Below, piece by piece: positions 49,705 through 58,395 of a stretch of DNA of 58,395 bases. Positions within the stretch are counted from its first letter, which is position 1; the number at the start of each line of letters is the position of its first letter. The notes beneath the pieces were generated by a model that was not told where the DNA came from, did no database searches, and saw only the letters and a program-made list of their open reading frames with translations. A program made the translations under genes and the position numbers. This DNA comes from an uncultured bacterium (GTDB lineage Bacteria > Acidobacteriota > Thermoanaerobaculia > Thermoanaerobaculales > Sulfomarinibacteraceae): positions 1 to 58,395 of the forward strand of contig CBESWV010000001.1 in NCBI GenBank assembly GCA_965533305.1. Reading direction: 5' to 3'.

Positions 49705-49758
49705 ACAATTCAGCCTGCCGACGACCCGCCGCGAACGGCAGTCTGCAGGCTGAATTGT
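49705..49758. promoter_or_regulatory. 14-bp perfect inverted repeat in the divergent qor/aminopeptidase intergenic region (candidate operator or 5'-UTR hairpin)
   Basis: acaattcagcctgc at 49705-49718 and gcaggctgaattgt at 49745-49758, 26 nt apart, with an inner ctgccg/cggcag pair at 49715-49720 / 49736-49741. Confidence 0.3.
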
Positions 49759-49768
49759 GGAGGCTTGA

Positions 49769-50953
49769 ATGATCGATCAGCGTGATCTCGAAACTTGGGC
49801 AGGGTTCCTTCTCGAACATTCCGTGGGCGGCGTCGTTCCCGGAGACCGGGTCATGATCAAAGGGGAGCCGGTTTGTTGGCCGCTCATGGCGGTGCTTGAA
49901 AGAAAGACCATCGAAGCGGGGGCCGTGCCCGATATCTGTCTCGTCGCCCCCAACAACGATCGTGGTCGGGTGTGGTCGGCGGCCATGGGCCGGGCGGCCT
50001 CGCCCGAGCAGCTCGCAAAGGTCCCGGACTGGCACCGTGAGCGATATGAAAGCATGACCAAGTACATCGAGATCCTCGGAGGCGAGGATCCGAGCCAGTA
50101 CATGGGACTCGATCCGGAACAATCCCAGGCCCTCGCTGCGGCCGATCGTCCCTATTCCAACATCCGTCTGTCGAAACCCTGGGTCATCACTCTTTATCCG
50201 ACACCGGCTTTCGCCGCGCTCGAGGGGATGACCGTCGAGGAGTTCGAGGACTTTATTGTCGGCGCTTCGACGGTGGATCCGAGGCCCTTGCGAGAGGCTG
50301 AAGAGCGGATCGCGCCGTTGTTGGACGACGGCTCCGAGATCACGATTGCCACGAGACACCCGCGTCAGGACCGAGAACTGGTGTTGCAGATGGGGATATC
50401 CCAGGGCCACGCTGCGCTCTCCTACGGCCTGCGGAATTTTCCCGACGGAGAAGTCTTCACGAGCCCCGATGCATCCAGCGTCGAGGGTGAGATCTTCATC
50501 GATCTGCCGATCAACTCCGGCGGCAACGACATTTCCGGGATCTACCTCAGGTTTGAAGGCGGAAAGATCGTCGAGTATCGAGCCGATGAGGGCCACGAAC
50601 ACCTGACGACGATCATCGAAACCGACGACGGTTCCCACCGGCTCGGCGAGGTGGCGCTCGGGATGAACCCGGGCCTCGATCGCGTACTCAAACACCCACT
50701 CTTTGTCGAGAAGGTCGGGGGCACCCTTCACATCGCTATCGGCGCCAGTTATGAACACTGCTATGTCGAAGATCCCGGCTCTGATGAGGGGCGCGAGCGG
50801 ATCGCCCAGCTGGAAGCCGACGGAGTGCTCAATCGCTCGGCCCAACACGTGGATATTGTCACCGATTTCCGACCCGGAGGGTGCGGCGTCTCGGTTCACA
50901 TCGACGGCGTCGAGCTGGTGCCGCGCGATGGGGTCTGGGTGGCCGCCGGCTGA
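49769..50953 (+). CDS. M29-family aminopeptidase (AmpS/PepS/aminopeptidase T type)
   Basis: GGAGG RBS then ATG 49769. M29-like segments (FPDGEVFTSP, LGEVALGMNPG, GGTLHIAIG). Confidence 0.85.
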   Translation: MIDQRDLETWAGFLLEHSVGGVVPGDRVMIKGEPVCWPLMAVLERKTIEAGAVPDICLVAPNNDRGRVWSAAMGRAASPEQLAKVPDWHRERYESMTKYIEILGGEDPSQYMGLDPEQSQALAAADRPYSNIRLSKPWVITLYPTPAFAALEGMTVEEFEDFIVGASTVDPRPLREAEERIAPLLDDGSEITIATRHPRQDRELVLQMGISQGHAALSYGLRNFPDGEVFTSPDASSVEGEIFIDLPINSGGNDISGIYLRFEGGKIVEYRADEGHEHLTTIIETDDGSHRLGEVALGMNPGLDRVLKHPLFVEKVGGTLHIAIGASYEHCYVEDPGSDEGRERIAQLEADGVLNRSAQHVDIVTDFRPGGCGVSVHIDGVELVPRDGVWVAAG

Positions 50954-51062
50954 GTCGTTTCGAGGTCCGAGTCCGTATACGTTTCGGCAGCGTCGGAATC
51001 TGCGGCGCTTTCCAGGCGTTCGAGGCATCGAGGGCGCACCGTCGCTCAACATTGGAGTCAAG

Positions 51063-52223
51063 ATGGCAACCGACAGTTCCAACCCGTCCACCACCGAGGG
51101 TGGATTGCGTGATCTCACTTCGATCACCCCACCCAATATCTTCAAGGAACTCCAGAAGGGGGTCCTCGGGCAGAGCACATCGCTGCGATACACCTCGGTC
51201 GCGGTCTACAAGCACACGACCGGGAAGGTCCCGGGAAACATCCTGCTTATCGGCAACTCGGGAACCGGCAAGACAACCATCATGAACAACATCCAGCGGA
51301 TGTACCACGAGGTTGAAGAGTACCGCCCGTTCAGAGCGATGACCATCATCAATGCAAACCTCTTGGTGGACGCGGAACGCCTCGAGTTTCAACCGGCGAG
51401 ACTCCTCACCGCCGTTGAGCAACGCGCCCGCGCGCTCGTCGGAGAGAAGCCGACAGCCGAGGAACTCGTCGCCACGATGGAACGGGCCACCGTCTGTATC
51501 GATGAGATCGACAAGATGTCATCCATCGTCGCCGGAAAACCCAATGCCATCGGGGTTGTTCTCCAGCAGGGCCTCCTGACCCTCATGGAAGGGGAGGTGG
51601 TGGCCCACCGCGCCCACGTCTGGGAGGACGGTGAAGAGCGCGAGGTCATCCTCTCCGTTGATACCCGCCGCATGATGTTCATCTGCGGCGGGGCTTTCGA
51701 GGGTCTGTATGACCAGGTTTACCTCAGAGTGATCAAACCGGGCAGCGGTGAGAAACTCAAATCGCAGGCGATCCAGACCGCCGACGGGCAGGTCAGGATC
51801 GAGAGCCGATTTGCAATCAGTGATTTTCTCAAGCCCGAAGACCTCTTCGAATACGGGATGGTGCCGCAGTTCATGGCCCGGTTTGACGACGTCGTCCTGC
51901 TTCGGGATCTCGACACATCGGTGCTCAAAGAAATCCTTCTGATATCGGTCGATTCGCCGTTCCTGCGCTCGAAGCGCTACTTCGAGGTCCTCGGTATCAA
52001 CCTCGAGATGGAGGATGTCGCTGCCGGGATGATTGCCGAAGAGGCGGCCAAGAGCACTCGAACCGGAGCACGCGCACTGCGGACGGTCTTCGGCCGGATC
52101 ATCAACCCGCTCGAGTTCGACCCGTGGACCTTTGAAGGACTCGAGGACGACCCCGGGGGCGGAAAACGACTGCTGATTTCCACGGAGATGGTGCAACGAG
52201 TCATCGCCGGCCGGAGGAGTTGA
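51063..52223 (+). CDS. ClpX-family AAA+ ATPase paralogue lacking the zinc-binding domain, pore-1 loop and IGF loop
   Basis: GGAG RBS then ATG 51063. Walker A GNSGTGKT and Walker B VCIDEIDK. ClpX-like FICGGAF, GMVPQFMARFD and sensor GARALRTV. DAERLEFQ sits where ClpX has GYVGEDVE. Confidence 0.8.
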   Translation: MATDSSNPSTTEGGLRDLTSITPPNIFKELQKGVLGQSTSLRYTSVAVYKHTTGKVPGNILLIGNSGTGKTTIMNNIQRMYHEVEEYRPFRAMTIINANLLVDAERLEFQPARLLTAVEQRARALVGEKPTAEELVATMERATVCIDEIDKMSSIVAGKPNAIGVVLQQGLLTLMEGEVVAHRAHVWEDGEEREVILSVDTRRMMFICGGAFEGLYDQVYLRVIKPGSGEKLKSQAIQTADGQVRIESRFAISDFLKPEDLFEYGMVPQFMARFDDVVLLRDLDTSVLKEILLISVDSPFLRSKRYFEVLGINLEMEDVAAGMIAEEAAKSTRTGARALRTVFGRIINPLEFDPWTFEGLEDDPGGGKRLLISTEMVQRVIAGRRS

Positions 52224-52276
52224 ATCGTCGACAAAGGCTCCTGATAAGATAAGGGAAGAGCTATCGAGATGCGCCG

Positions 52277-53425
52277 ATGCAGCGTGAGAAACAAAAGAAG
52301 GCGAAGAGTATGGCGCAGTTCATTCTGGTCTACACCCACCCGACTGAAGGGGAGAAAAGGTTCGATCTGGTCCCCGGTCGGAGCTATCGCATCGGTTCCC
52401 GACCGGACAACGATGTCGTCATCGACCAGAAGGATGTTTCGCGACGGCATTCGGTGCTCCGGGTCGAGGATGGCTCGTTTTTCATCACCGACCTCGACAG
52501 CAAGAACGGCACCTTCATCAACGGGGCAAAGACGGCATCCGAGGCCTTCAACTGCGGCGACATGGTCCACCTCTCATCCGCTCGTCTCGTCATCGTGGAA
52601 TTGGGCACCGGAAGCTATCCGACCGGTCCTGAAGCGATCTTCCGGCGCGACGACGATTCAGGGATCCAAGGGACCGAAGAGACTCAGAAATTTCGCGGTG
52701 AGGCCTCCATGGAAGATGTGGTCTCGCTGCTCGAAACCATCGCAGACGTCGTCGAATGCGGTGGCCTGGCTGAACCGCTCATCTGGGCGGTGGAGCGCCT
52801 CGGGTTCGATGGCGCGGTCGTGCTCTATCGCGATGAGAACGACAGCGTCGCGATGATCTGCAGTGCGGGAGATCTCGGTCAGCTCGCTCGCAGAAGCGAG
52901 ATCCTCGCCAAGCTTGCAATCGATCACAAACAGCCCGACGCCTCCGGAACCCGTGTCCGCCAGGTCAGTGAACTCGGTGAGGACTTCCTCGTCGCAACCG
53001 TGGGGGCGGACCACGTTTTGGTGGTTCGGTATTCCGGCCAACCACCGGCCATCGGCGACCTGCGATCAGTGATCGCCGGGGTCAACATCGTGCTCAGATG
53101 CGGCAAGTTGCAGCGCTCAGGGAGCAGCTCGCCTTCGTCTGATTCCAGCAACTCGAAGACTCCGGCCGCGACCAGTGCCATTCCCGTTGCCGATTTTTGG
53201 CTTTCGGAGGGAAAACAGACCAATCCCACCACCGGTAGTGTTATCCCAGATATCGACCTCGAAAGTGTCGCGGCACTCGAGCTTGCCGAGGCCCGCGACT
53301 GGTTTGAGAAGTGGATGGTCAAACGCGCCCTCGCGACGAGTGACGGGAACCAGTCGCAAGCCGCCCAACGGCTGGGGCTTTCACGAGCCGGACTGTTCAA
53401 GAAGATGAGGAAAATGGGCCTCTGA
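52277..53425 (+). CDS. FHA domain / GAF-like middle region / Fis-type HTH protein
   Basis: N-terminal FHA domain (YRIGSRPDNDVVIDQKDVSRRHSVL...SKNGTFING). C-terminal HTH_8 (NQSQAAQRLGLSRAGLFKKMRKMGL). No Walker motifs in between. An alternative start is at 52310. Confidence 0.75.
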   Translation: MQREKQKKAKSMAQFILVYTHPTEGEKRFDLVPGRSYRIGSRPDNDVVIDQKDVSRRHSVLRVEDGSFFITDLDSKNGTFINGAKTASEAFNCGDMVHLSSARLVIVELGTGSYPTGPEAIFRRDDDSGIQGTEETQKFRGEASMEDVVSLLETIADVVECGGLAEPLIWAVERLGFDGAVVLYRDENDSVAMICSAGDLGQLARRSEILAKLAIDHKQPDASGTRVRQVSELGEDFLVATVGADHVLVVRYSGQPPAIGDLRSVIAGVNIVLRCGKLQRSGSSSPSSDSSNSKTPAATSAIPVADFWLSEGKQTNPTTGSVIPDIDLESVAALELAEARDWFEKWMVKRALATSDGNQSQAAQRLGLSRAGLFKKMRKMGL

Positions 53426-53500
53426 GGCTCAGACCTCATTCGCGCGGCTCTGATCCCCGGGTCGGATTTGGGCTCATCGGTCGGTGCTATTCTCTCCAAC

Positions 53501-53877
<377 letters not shown>

Positions 53878-54108
53878 AATTTTTGGCCCGTGGTGCCCGG
53901 CGCCACGGGCCAATGTTGCTGAAAAGGGTTTAACCTGAGATCAGCGATTCTCACCGGCGATCTGCACCAAGCTCTTGGGCTCTGGATATTTGCGAAAATG
54001 CTCGGAATACCAACGGGTATGCCTGCGCTTTTCGCAAGCACCAGAGTCACAAGCCCTTGGCACATCTCATCCGGCAGAACCGCTCGTCTTAGGTTATTGT
54101 TGGTTTGC

Positions 54109-54996
54109 ATGGGTATTTGGCGTTCTCTCGATCCTCACGAGCCTCTTGGCGTTGTCGCTCTTTCCGGGCCGGTGGATCCGGCGAAGTTGGACGACGGGTT
54201 GCAGGTCCTCCGCACCTGGGGGAATCCGGTGTGCCTGGCGTCGAATCTTCGCGATCGGGAAACCTATCTCGCCGGATCGGACGACGATCGCCTCGGCGGT
54301 CTTCTCGAACTCCTCGATCACGGCGTCCGCACATTCATCGCGGCCCGGGGCGGATTCGGATCCACCCGCTTATTGGAGCGCCTTCCCTGGGATCGACTCA
54401 TCGCCGATGAGGTTCGTTTCGTCGGGTATTCCGATCTCACCGCGATTCTCAATCCCCTCGCCTCATCGGTGGTTCAGATCCACGGACCGATGGTGGCCGC
54501 TGGTCTCGAGCGAAATTCCAACGCCGACAGGCTTCGCGAGCTTCTCGATGGTCGTTTGGTGGGTCAGACCCTGTTTCCGATACCTTCGGGGTGTGTGCTC
54601 CGGCACGGCGCCGCTGAGGGAATCGCGCTCGGTGGAAACCTCTCGCTGCTCTCGGCTTTGTTGGGGACCCATTGGGAGCCGGATTTCAGTGATTCCGTGC
54701 TCTTTGTCGAAGAGGTTTCGGAGCCCCCATACCGACTCGATCGTCTGTTGACCCACCTCCGTGGCTCTGCTAGCTTCGGAGGGGTAAAAGCACTGATAGG
54801 TGGGAGTTTGCACGCCTGTCGGCCAAAATCAAAGTGCCTGCCGCGCTGGTGCGAGCTGCTTCTTGAATCGGTGCCTGAAACGGTTCCGGTCATTGTTGGA
54901 ATGCCTTTCGGTCATGCAACGAGAAACCTGGCCTTCCCCGTCGGTGCATCGGTGGAGATCGATACCCGGCGAGGTGCGCTAACCTGGAGCGTGTGA
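54109..54996 (+). CDS. ldcA: LD-carboxypeptidase (S66, muramoyl-tetrapeptide carboxypeptidase-like)
   Basis: Motifs: VVALSGPV, FIAARGGFGSTRLL, nucleophile context VGYSDLTAIL, C-terminal GMPFGHA. ATG 54109 is preferred over 53998. Confidence 0.75.
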   Translation: MGIWRSLDPHEPLGVVALSGPVDPAKLDDGLQVLRTWGNPVCLASNLRDRETYLAGSDDDRLGGLLELLDHGVRTFIAARGGFGSTRLLERLPWDRLIADEVRFVGYSDLTAILNPLASSVVQIHGPMVAAGLERNSNADRLRELLDGRLVGQTLFPIPSGCVLRHGAAEGIALGGNLSLLSALLGTHWEPDFSDSVLFVEEVSEPPYRLDRLLTHLRGSASFGGVKALIGGSLHACRPKSKCLPRWCELLLESVPETVPVIVGMPFGHATRNLAFPVGASVEIDTRRGALTWSV

Positions 54997-55796
54997 TGGC
55001 GAAATTCAAAACGACCGGCTCAAAGGGGACCCACGACTCCCTGGATCCGATGCGGACTCAATTTGCATCCGGAGATGTTGTCTTCGGCGAAGGCGATCTC
55101 GGGCTTCAGATGTACGTTATCGAGAGCGGCGAGGTCGAAATCCGTAAGAACTTCGGCAAGGAAGACCGGGTGCTCGCGGTCCTGGGCAAGGGCGACTTCT
55201 TCGGCGAAATGTGCATGCTGGAGGATGAAATCCCGCGATCTGCGACTGCTCTGGCATTGACCGATGTCGAAGTCGTGATGATCGATCGGTCGGCCTTCAC
55301 CTTTATCCTCAAGCACAACCCGGAGATCACCATCCGGATCATGCGCAAGCTGGTCCGACGCCTGAGACAAACGACCCAACTGCTCGAAGAGGCCGTCGGT
55401 CACAAGGTCGACATCGAATCGTCAGGGATATCTGACGAGCCGAAATCCGGCCTCGACCCCAGGGCGAGATTGGTCGAGGTGACATCCGGTCTGGTCTTTC
55501 CCCTGGCGAAGGATGGTGAGACGTCGGTCGGCCGCATCGACCCGGTGACGGGGATCCACCCCGATGTCGATCTCACGCCGGTTGACGGCAAACGATCGAT
55601 TTCCCGCCGCCATGCGCGAGTTCGCCGGGAAGAGGACGGCTCCTACAGCGTCATCGAGGATGTCGGCACCATGAACGGGACCTTTGTCAATGGCGTGAGG
55701 CTGACGGCCGGGCAATCCCATCCGGTCGAGGCTGGTGACACAGTCATCTTCGGTACGATTCAGTGCCGGTTCGAGATTGACCCCACCAGAGCCTGA
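54996..55796 (+). CDS. Cyclic-nucleotide-binding domain fused to an FHA domain
   Basis: cNMP-binding motifs (GEGDLGLQMYVIESGEVEI, GKGDFFGEMCML, RSATALAL). C-terminal FHA domain (SVGR...ISRRHARV...GTMNGTFVNG). ATG 54996 overlaps the ldcA stop by 1 nt. Confidence 0.8.
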   Translation: MAKFKTTGSKGTHDSLDPMRTQFASGDVVFGEGDLGLQMYVIESGEVEIRKNFGKEDRVLAVLGKGDFFGEMCMLEDEIPRSATALALTDVEVVMIDRSAFTFILKHNPEITIRIMRKLVRRLRQTTQLLEEAVGHKVDIESSGISDEPKSGLDPRARLVEVTSGLVFPLAKDGETSVGRIDPVTGIHPDVDLTPVDGKRSISRRHARVRREEDGSYSVIEDVGTMNGTFVNGVRLTAGQSHPVEAGDTVIFGTIQCRFEIDPTRA

Positions 55797-57888
55797 GGCC
55801 GAGTTGCCGCTACGGGCGGACGACCCGGTCCATTGCATCGTGGGCATCGGCCCCAAGACAGCCGCTGCGCTGGAAGAAATCGGGATTCGGCGAGTCGCGG
55901 ATCTTCTCTTCCACCTTCCCAGACGTTATGAGGACCGAGGCGCGGTCATCAGCGTCGACGAAGCCAAGCAACACCGAGGTTCGGTCCTGTTGCACGGTCG
56001 GCTCACCGCCGGTTCGGGCCGCTATGTCCGCCGACGGCTCCACATCAATGATGGCGAACTCGCCGACGACACCGGCGTGATGTCCATTCGCTGGTTCAAC
56101 CAGCCCTGGATGGGCGATCGAGTGGCCGCCGGGGTCGACGCTTTTGTCTACGGTGATGTGGGCCGGGGTAAGACCGGTCAGCAGCAGATGGTGAACCCGG
56201 AAATCGAGATCGCTCCCAAATCCGCGTCGGTGGACGAGGTGGTTCCGATCTACGGACGGCTCGGCTCACTCTCGGGCAAACGACTCCGGAGAGCACTGGA
56301 TCAGGCGATGGACTGCCTCGGTAGTCTCGTGGACCCCGTTCCGACGGCGATACGGCGCCGATTCGCGCTGCTGCCGCTCGGCGAAGCCCTTGGGTGTCTT
56401 CACCAGCCCAAACTACCCGTAGACCCAGGCGAACGGGCTTCGTTCGTCACAGCTCTGAACGAGAGGTCGAACAAAGGGCACTCCAGGCTGGCCTTTGATG
56501 AACTCCTCGCGGTGGCTTCGGTTGTCGCCGGATATCGGGCGCGCCGGATCGAACAGTCGGCAAAACCCATCCGCCTGTCATCGAAGTTCCGCCGCCAGGC
56601 CAAACGGGCGCTGCCCTTCGATCTCACCTCCGCCCAGCAACGGGTGGTGGACGAGATCGTTGCCGATCTCGGCGGAACGATCCCCATGGCCCGCCTGCTT
56701 CAGGGAGATGTCGGCTGTGGCAAGACGGCAGTGGCGATTCTCGCGATCCTCGCAGTGGTGTCCGCCGGCCGTCAGGTTGCATTGATGGCGCCGACCGAGT
56801 TGCTGGCCGAGCAACTTCACCGGTCGGTCTCCACCGCCCTCGGTCCCTTCGGGTATCGGGTCTGTTCGCTGACCGGTTCGTCGGCTGCGGCAGACGCGCG
56901 ATTACGGCGATCGGAATTGGCGAAGGGTGAAATCGATGCCGTCGTCGGTACCCACGCTTTGTTCCAGCAGCGCGTCGCTTACAGCAACCTGGGTTTGGTC
57001 ATCATCGACGAGCAGCATCGATTCGGCGTAGCCCAGCGGCAACGGCTGCTCGACAAGGGCGATTCACCCCATCTTCTGGTCATGACTGCGACCCCGATCC
57101 CGCGTTCACTGGCCCTCACGCTCTACGGCGACCTCGATCTGTCGATCATTGATGAGCTTCCTCCCGGAAGGACGCCCATTCGAACCGAGATCCGGGACTC
57201 CGGCGCGCGGGATCGGATTCTCGGGTTTCTTCGTTCGGAGATCGAAGCGGGCGGGCAGGGCTATATCGTCTACCCGCTGATCGAGGCTTCGGAAAAGCTC
57301 GAAGCTGCCGCCCTCGAAAAACACGAGAGCATTGTCCGCCAAGCCATGGGCCCTGCCGAAATCGGGGTTCTCCACGGACGGCTCGGTCGTGACGAACGTG
57401 AAGAGGTCGCGGATCGCTTTCGCCAAGGGGAGATCAAGGTCATTCTCGCCACCACGGTCATCGAGGTAGGCGTCGATGTGCCCGCAGCCTCGGTCATGAT
57501 CATCGAATCCGCGGATCGCTTCGGCCTGTCCCAACTCCACCAACTGCGGGGACGGGTCGGTCGCGGGAGTCGGAAGTCCTGGTGCGTCCTCATCACCGGT
57601 GACGACCCCACGGAGCACGCATCTCGGCGACTCAGGGTTCTCGCCGCCACAAACGATGGATTCGCCATCGCCGAGGCCGATCTCGAACACCGCGGGCCCG
57701 GTGAGATCACCGGACAGCGGCAGTGGGGCGCTGAGAGTTTTCGTTTTGCAGACCTGCTCCGGCACCGGGACTGGGTCCTTCGCACCAGATCGGTCGCCCG
57801 AGAACTGGCCGATGACGGGAGCCTCGCCGAGATTCGCGATGCGCTCCTGCGATTCCATCCGGTCGGAGCCGAGTTCTCCATCGGGTGA
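55735..57888 (+). CDS. recG: ATP-dependent DNA helicase RecG
   Basis: Wedge and helicase motifs: GIGPKTAAALEEIGI, LPRRYEDR, LLQGDVGCGKT, DEQHRFGV, MTATPIPRSL, QLHQLRGRVGRG. ATG 55735 would overlap the upstream gene by 62 nt. An in-frame TTG at 55804 avoids the overlap. Confidence 0.9.
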   Translation: MTQSSSVRFSAGSRLTPPEPEAELPLRADDPVHCIVGIGPKTAAALEEIGIRRVADLLFHLPRRYEDRGAVISVDEAKQHRGSVLLHGRLTAGSGRYVRRRLHINDGELADDTGVMSIRWFNQPWMGDRVAAGVDAFVYGDVGRGKTGQQQMVNPEIEIAPKSASVDEVVPIYGRLGSLSGKRLRRALDQAMDCLGSLVDPVPTAIRRRFALLPLGEALGCLHQPKLPVDPGERASFVTALNERSNKGHSRLAFDELLAVASVVAGYRARRIEQSAKPIRLSSKFRRQAKRALPFDLTSAQQRVVDEIVADLGGTIPMARLLQGDVGCGKTAVAILAILAVVSAGRQVALMAPTELLAEQLHRSVSTALGPFGYRVCSLTGSSAAADARLRRSELAKGEIDAVVGTHALFQQRVAYSNLGLVIIDEQHRFGVAQRQRLLDKGDSPHLLVMTATPIPRSLALTLYGDLDLSIIDELPPGRTPIRTEIRDSGARDRILGFLRSEIEAGGQGYIVYPLIEASEKLEAAALEKHESIVRQAMGPAEIGVLHGRLGRDEREEVADRFRQGEIKVILATTVIEVGVDVPAASVMIIESADRFGLSQLHQLRGRVGRGSRKSWCVLITGDDPTEHASRRLRVLAATNDGFAIAEADLEHRGPGEITGQRQWGAESFRFADLLRHRDWVLRTRSVARELADDGSLAEIRDALLRFHPVGAEFSIG

Positions 57889-57931
57889 GATGATCTTTCC
57901 GACAATGGCACAATGGCCAAACGGAGGATCG

Positions 57932-58395
57932 ATGAACGCTGATGCACCCCAGTTGGTGGTACGCCCCGAAGAACTGACCAATCTCGATGACTCACCTCGG
58001 CACATGGCCGAGATTCCGGGAAGTCGGATGTTCGAAATCAAAGAGGCATTGGCGGTTTTTCGCCGCACCGATCCCGACGCGGAGGTCTTCGACGCCAGCC
58101 AGGGCGACGGCGGCGCGAGCCTGCCCGGTGTCCCGCGCGAAGTCCTCGAGGCAGCGCACGAGTTGCAAATGGAGCACGGTACGGGGTACGACAAGCCATT
58201 CGGCACCCCCATGTTCCGCCAAGCGGTGGTCGAGGACTACTGGCAACTCGATGCAGCCACCGGTTGGGGACCGGCCAATGTTCTGGCCGGTCAGGGCGGG
58301 CGCGATGTTCTGATCAAGGCGTATGAGGCCGCCCAGTTCCTCGGCCGGAAACGCCGCGGCGACTTCGTGGCGGTGTCCAGGGTGCCGTGGATCTC
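57932..58395 (+). CDS. PLP-dependent aminotransferase (class I/II-like), 3' end cut by the window edge
   Basis: GGAGG RBS then ATG 57932, with the frame open to the end of the window. It is absent from the ORF track because it has no stop codon. N-terminal aminotransferase-like sequence (FDASQGDGGASLPGVP, GYDKPFG, LAGQGGRDVLIKAY). Confidence 0.6.
   Translation, partial: MNADAPQLVVRPEELTNLDDSPRHMAEIPGSRMFEIKEALAVFRRTDPDAEVFDASQGDGGASLPGVPREVLEAAHELQMEHGTGYDKPFGTPMFRQAVVEDYWQLDAATGWGPANVLAGQGGRDVLIKAYEAAQFLGRKRRGDFVAVSRVPWI

Noticed and set aside
50703-51062. N-terminal extension of the ClpX-like ORF
   Set aside because: It overlaps the 3' end of the aminopeptidase gene in another frame. The RBS and ATG at 51063 give a sensible N-terminus.
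49685-51193. Upstream 500 aa of the 829-aa minus-strand ORF
   Set aside because: Only the C-terminal 326 aa (from ATG 49684) is quinone-oxidoreductase-like. The remainder is antisense to the M29 aminopeptidase and the ClpX-like gene and crosses an intergenic region.
53885-53911. Hairpin ggcccgtgg...ccacgggcc after rnpB as an intrinsic terminator
   Set aside because: The T-run precedes the stem rather than following it. It may still stabilise the 3' end, but it does not meet terminator criteria.
57106-58212. 368-aa minus-strand ORF
   Set aside because: It is antisense to recG and to the 3'-truncated aminotransferase gene.

Overview
GC-rich chromosomal segment from a diderm (outer-membrane-bearing) bacterium. 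The phylum cannot be assigned from this window alone. All calls come from reading motifs in the supplied translations and DNA; no searches were run. I count about 45 protein genes and one RNase P RNA, and I saw no rRNA, tRNA, CRISPR array, transposase, integrase or phage genes. Left to right the window holds: a 5'-truncated TamB-like/Omp85 fusion ORF; a TPR protein; a MATE exporter; an oleABCD hydrocarbon cluster plus a coupled fifth gene; mdh; an S41-like peptidase; an orphan receiver domain; a tricorn-type protease; a periplasmic binding lipoprotein; phnDCE; an L,D-transpeptidase; a DUF1684 lipoprotein; an FtsX/MacB-type permease preceded by three tandem HlyD-type adaptor genes; lpdA-sucB-sucA; a ygfK / cyclic amidohydrolase / ssnA triad; a GGDEF protein; pfk; two orphan hypotheticals; a DapA-family lyase; qor; an M29 aminopeptidase; a degenerate ClpX-like ATPase with an FHA/Fis-HTH protein; rnpB; an LD-carboxypeptidase coupled to a cNMP-binding/FHA protein; recG; and a 3'-truncated aminotransferase. 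The most unusual signals are these. (1) A family of long imperfect inverted-repeat elements built from short tandem motifs sits at four intergenic sites (8.0, 14.6, 19.6-20.0 and 48.4-48.7 kb); two of them share a 33-nt identical core. (2) TamB-like and TamA/BamA-like modules are encoded in one ORF. (3) The ClpX-like ATPase lacks the zinc finger, pore-1 loop and IGF loop and is paired with an FHA-HTH protein. (4) The ole operon has an extra coupled repeat-protein gene and a hairpin element inside it. (5) The ygfK-ssnA purine-catabolism-type triad has no molybdenum hydroxylase in view. (6) A triple-adaptor/permease operon has no ATPase gene.
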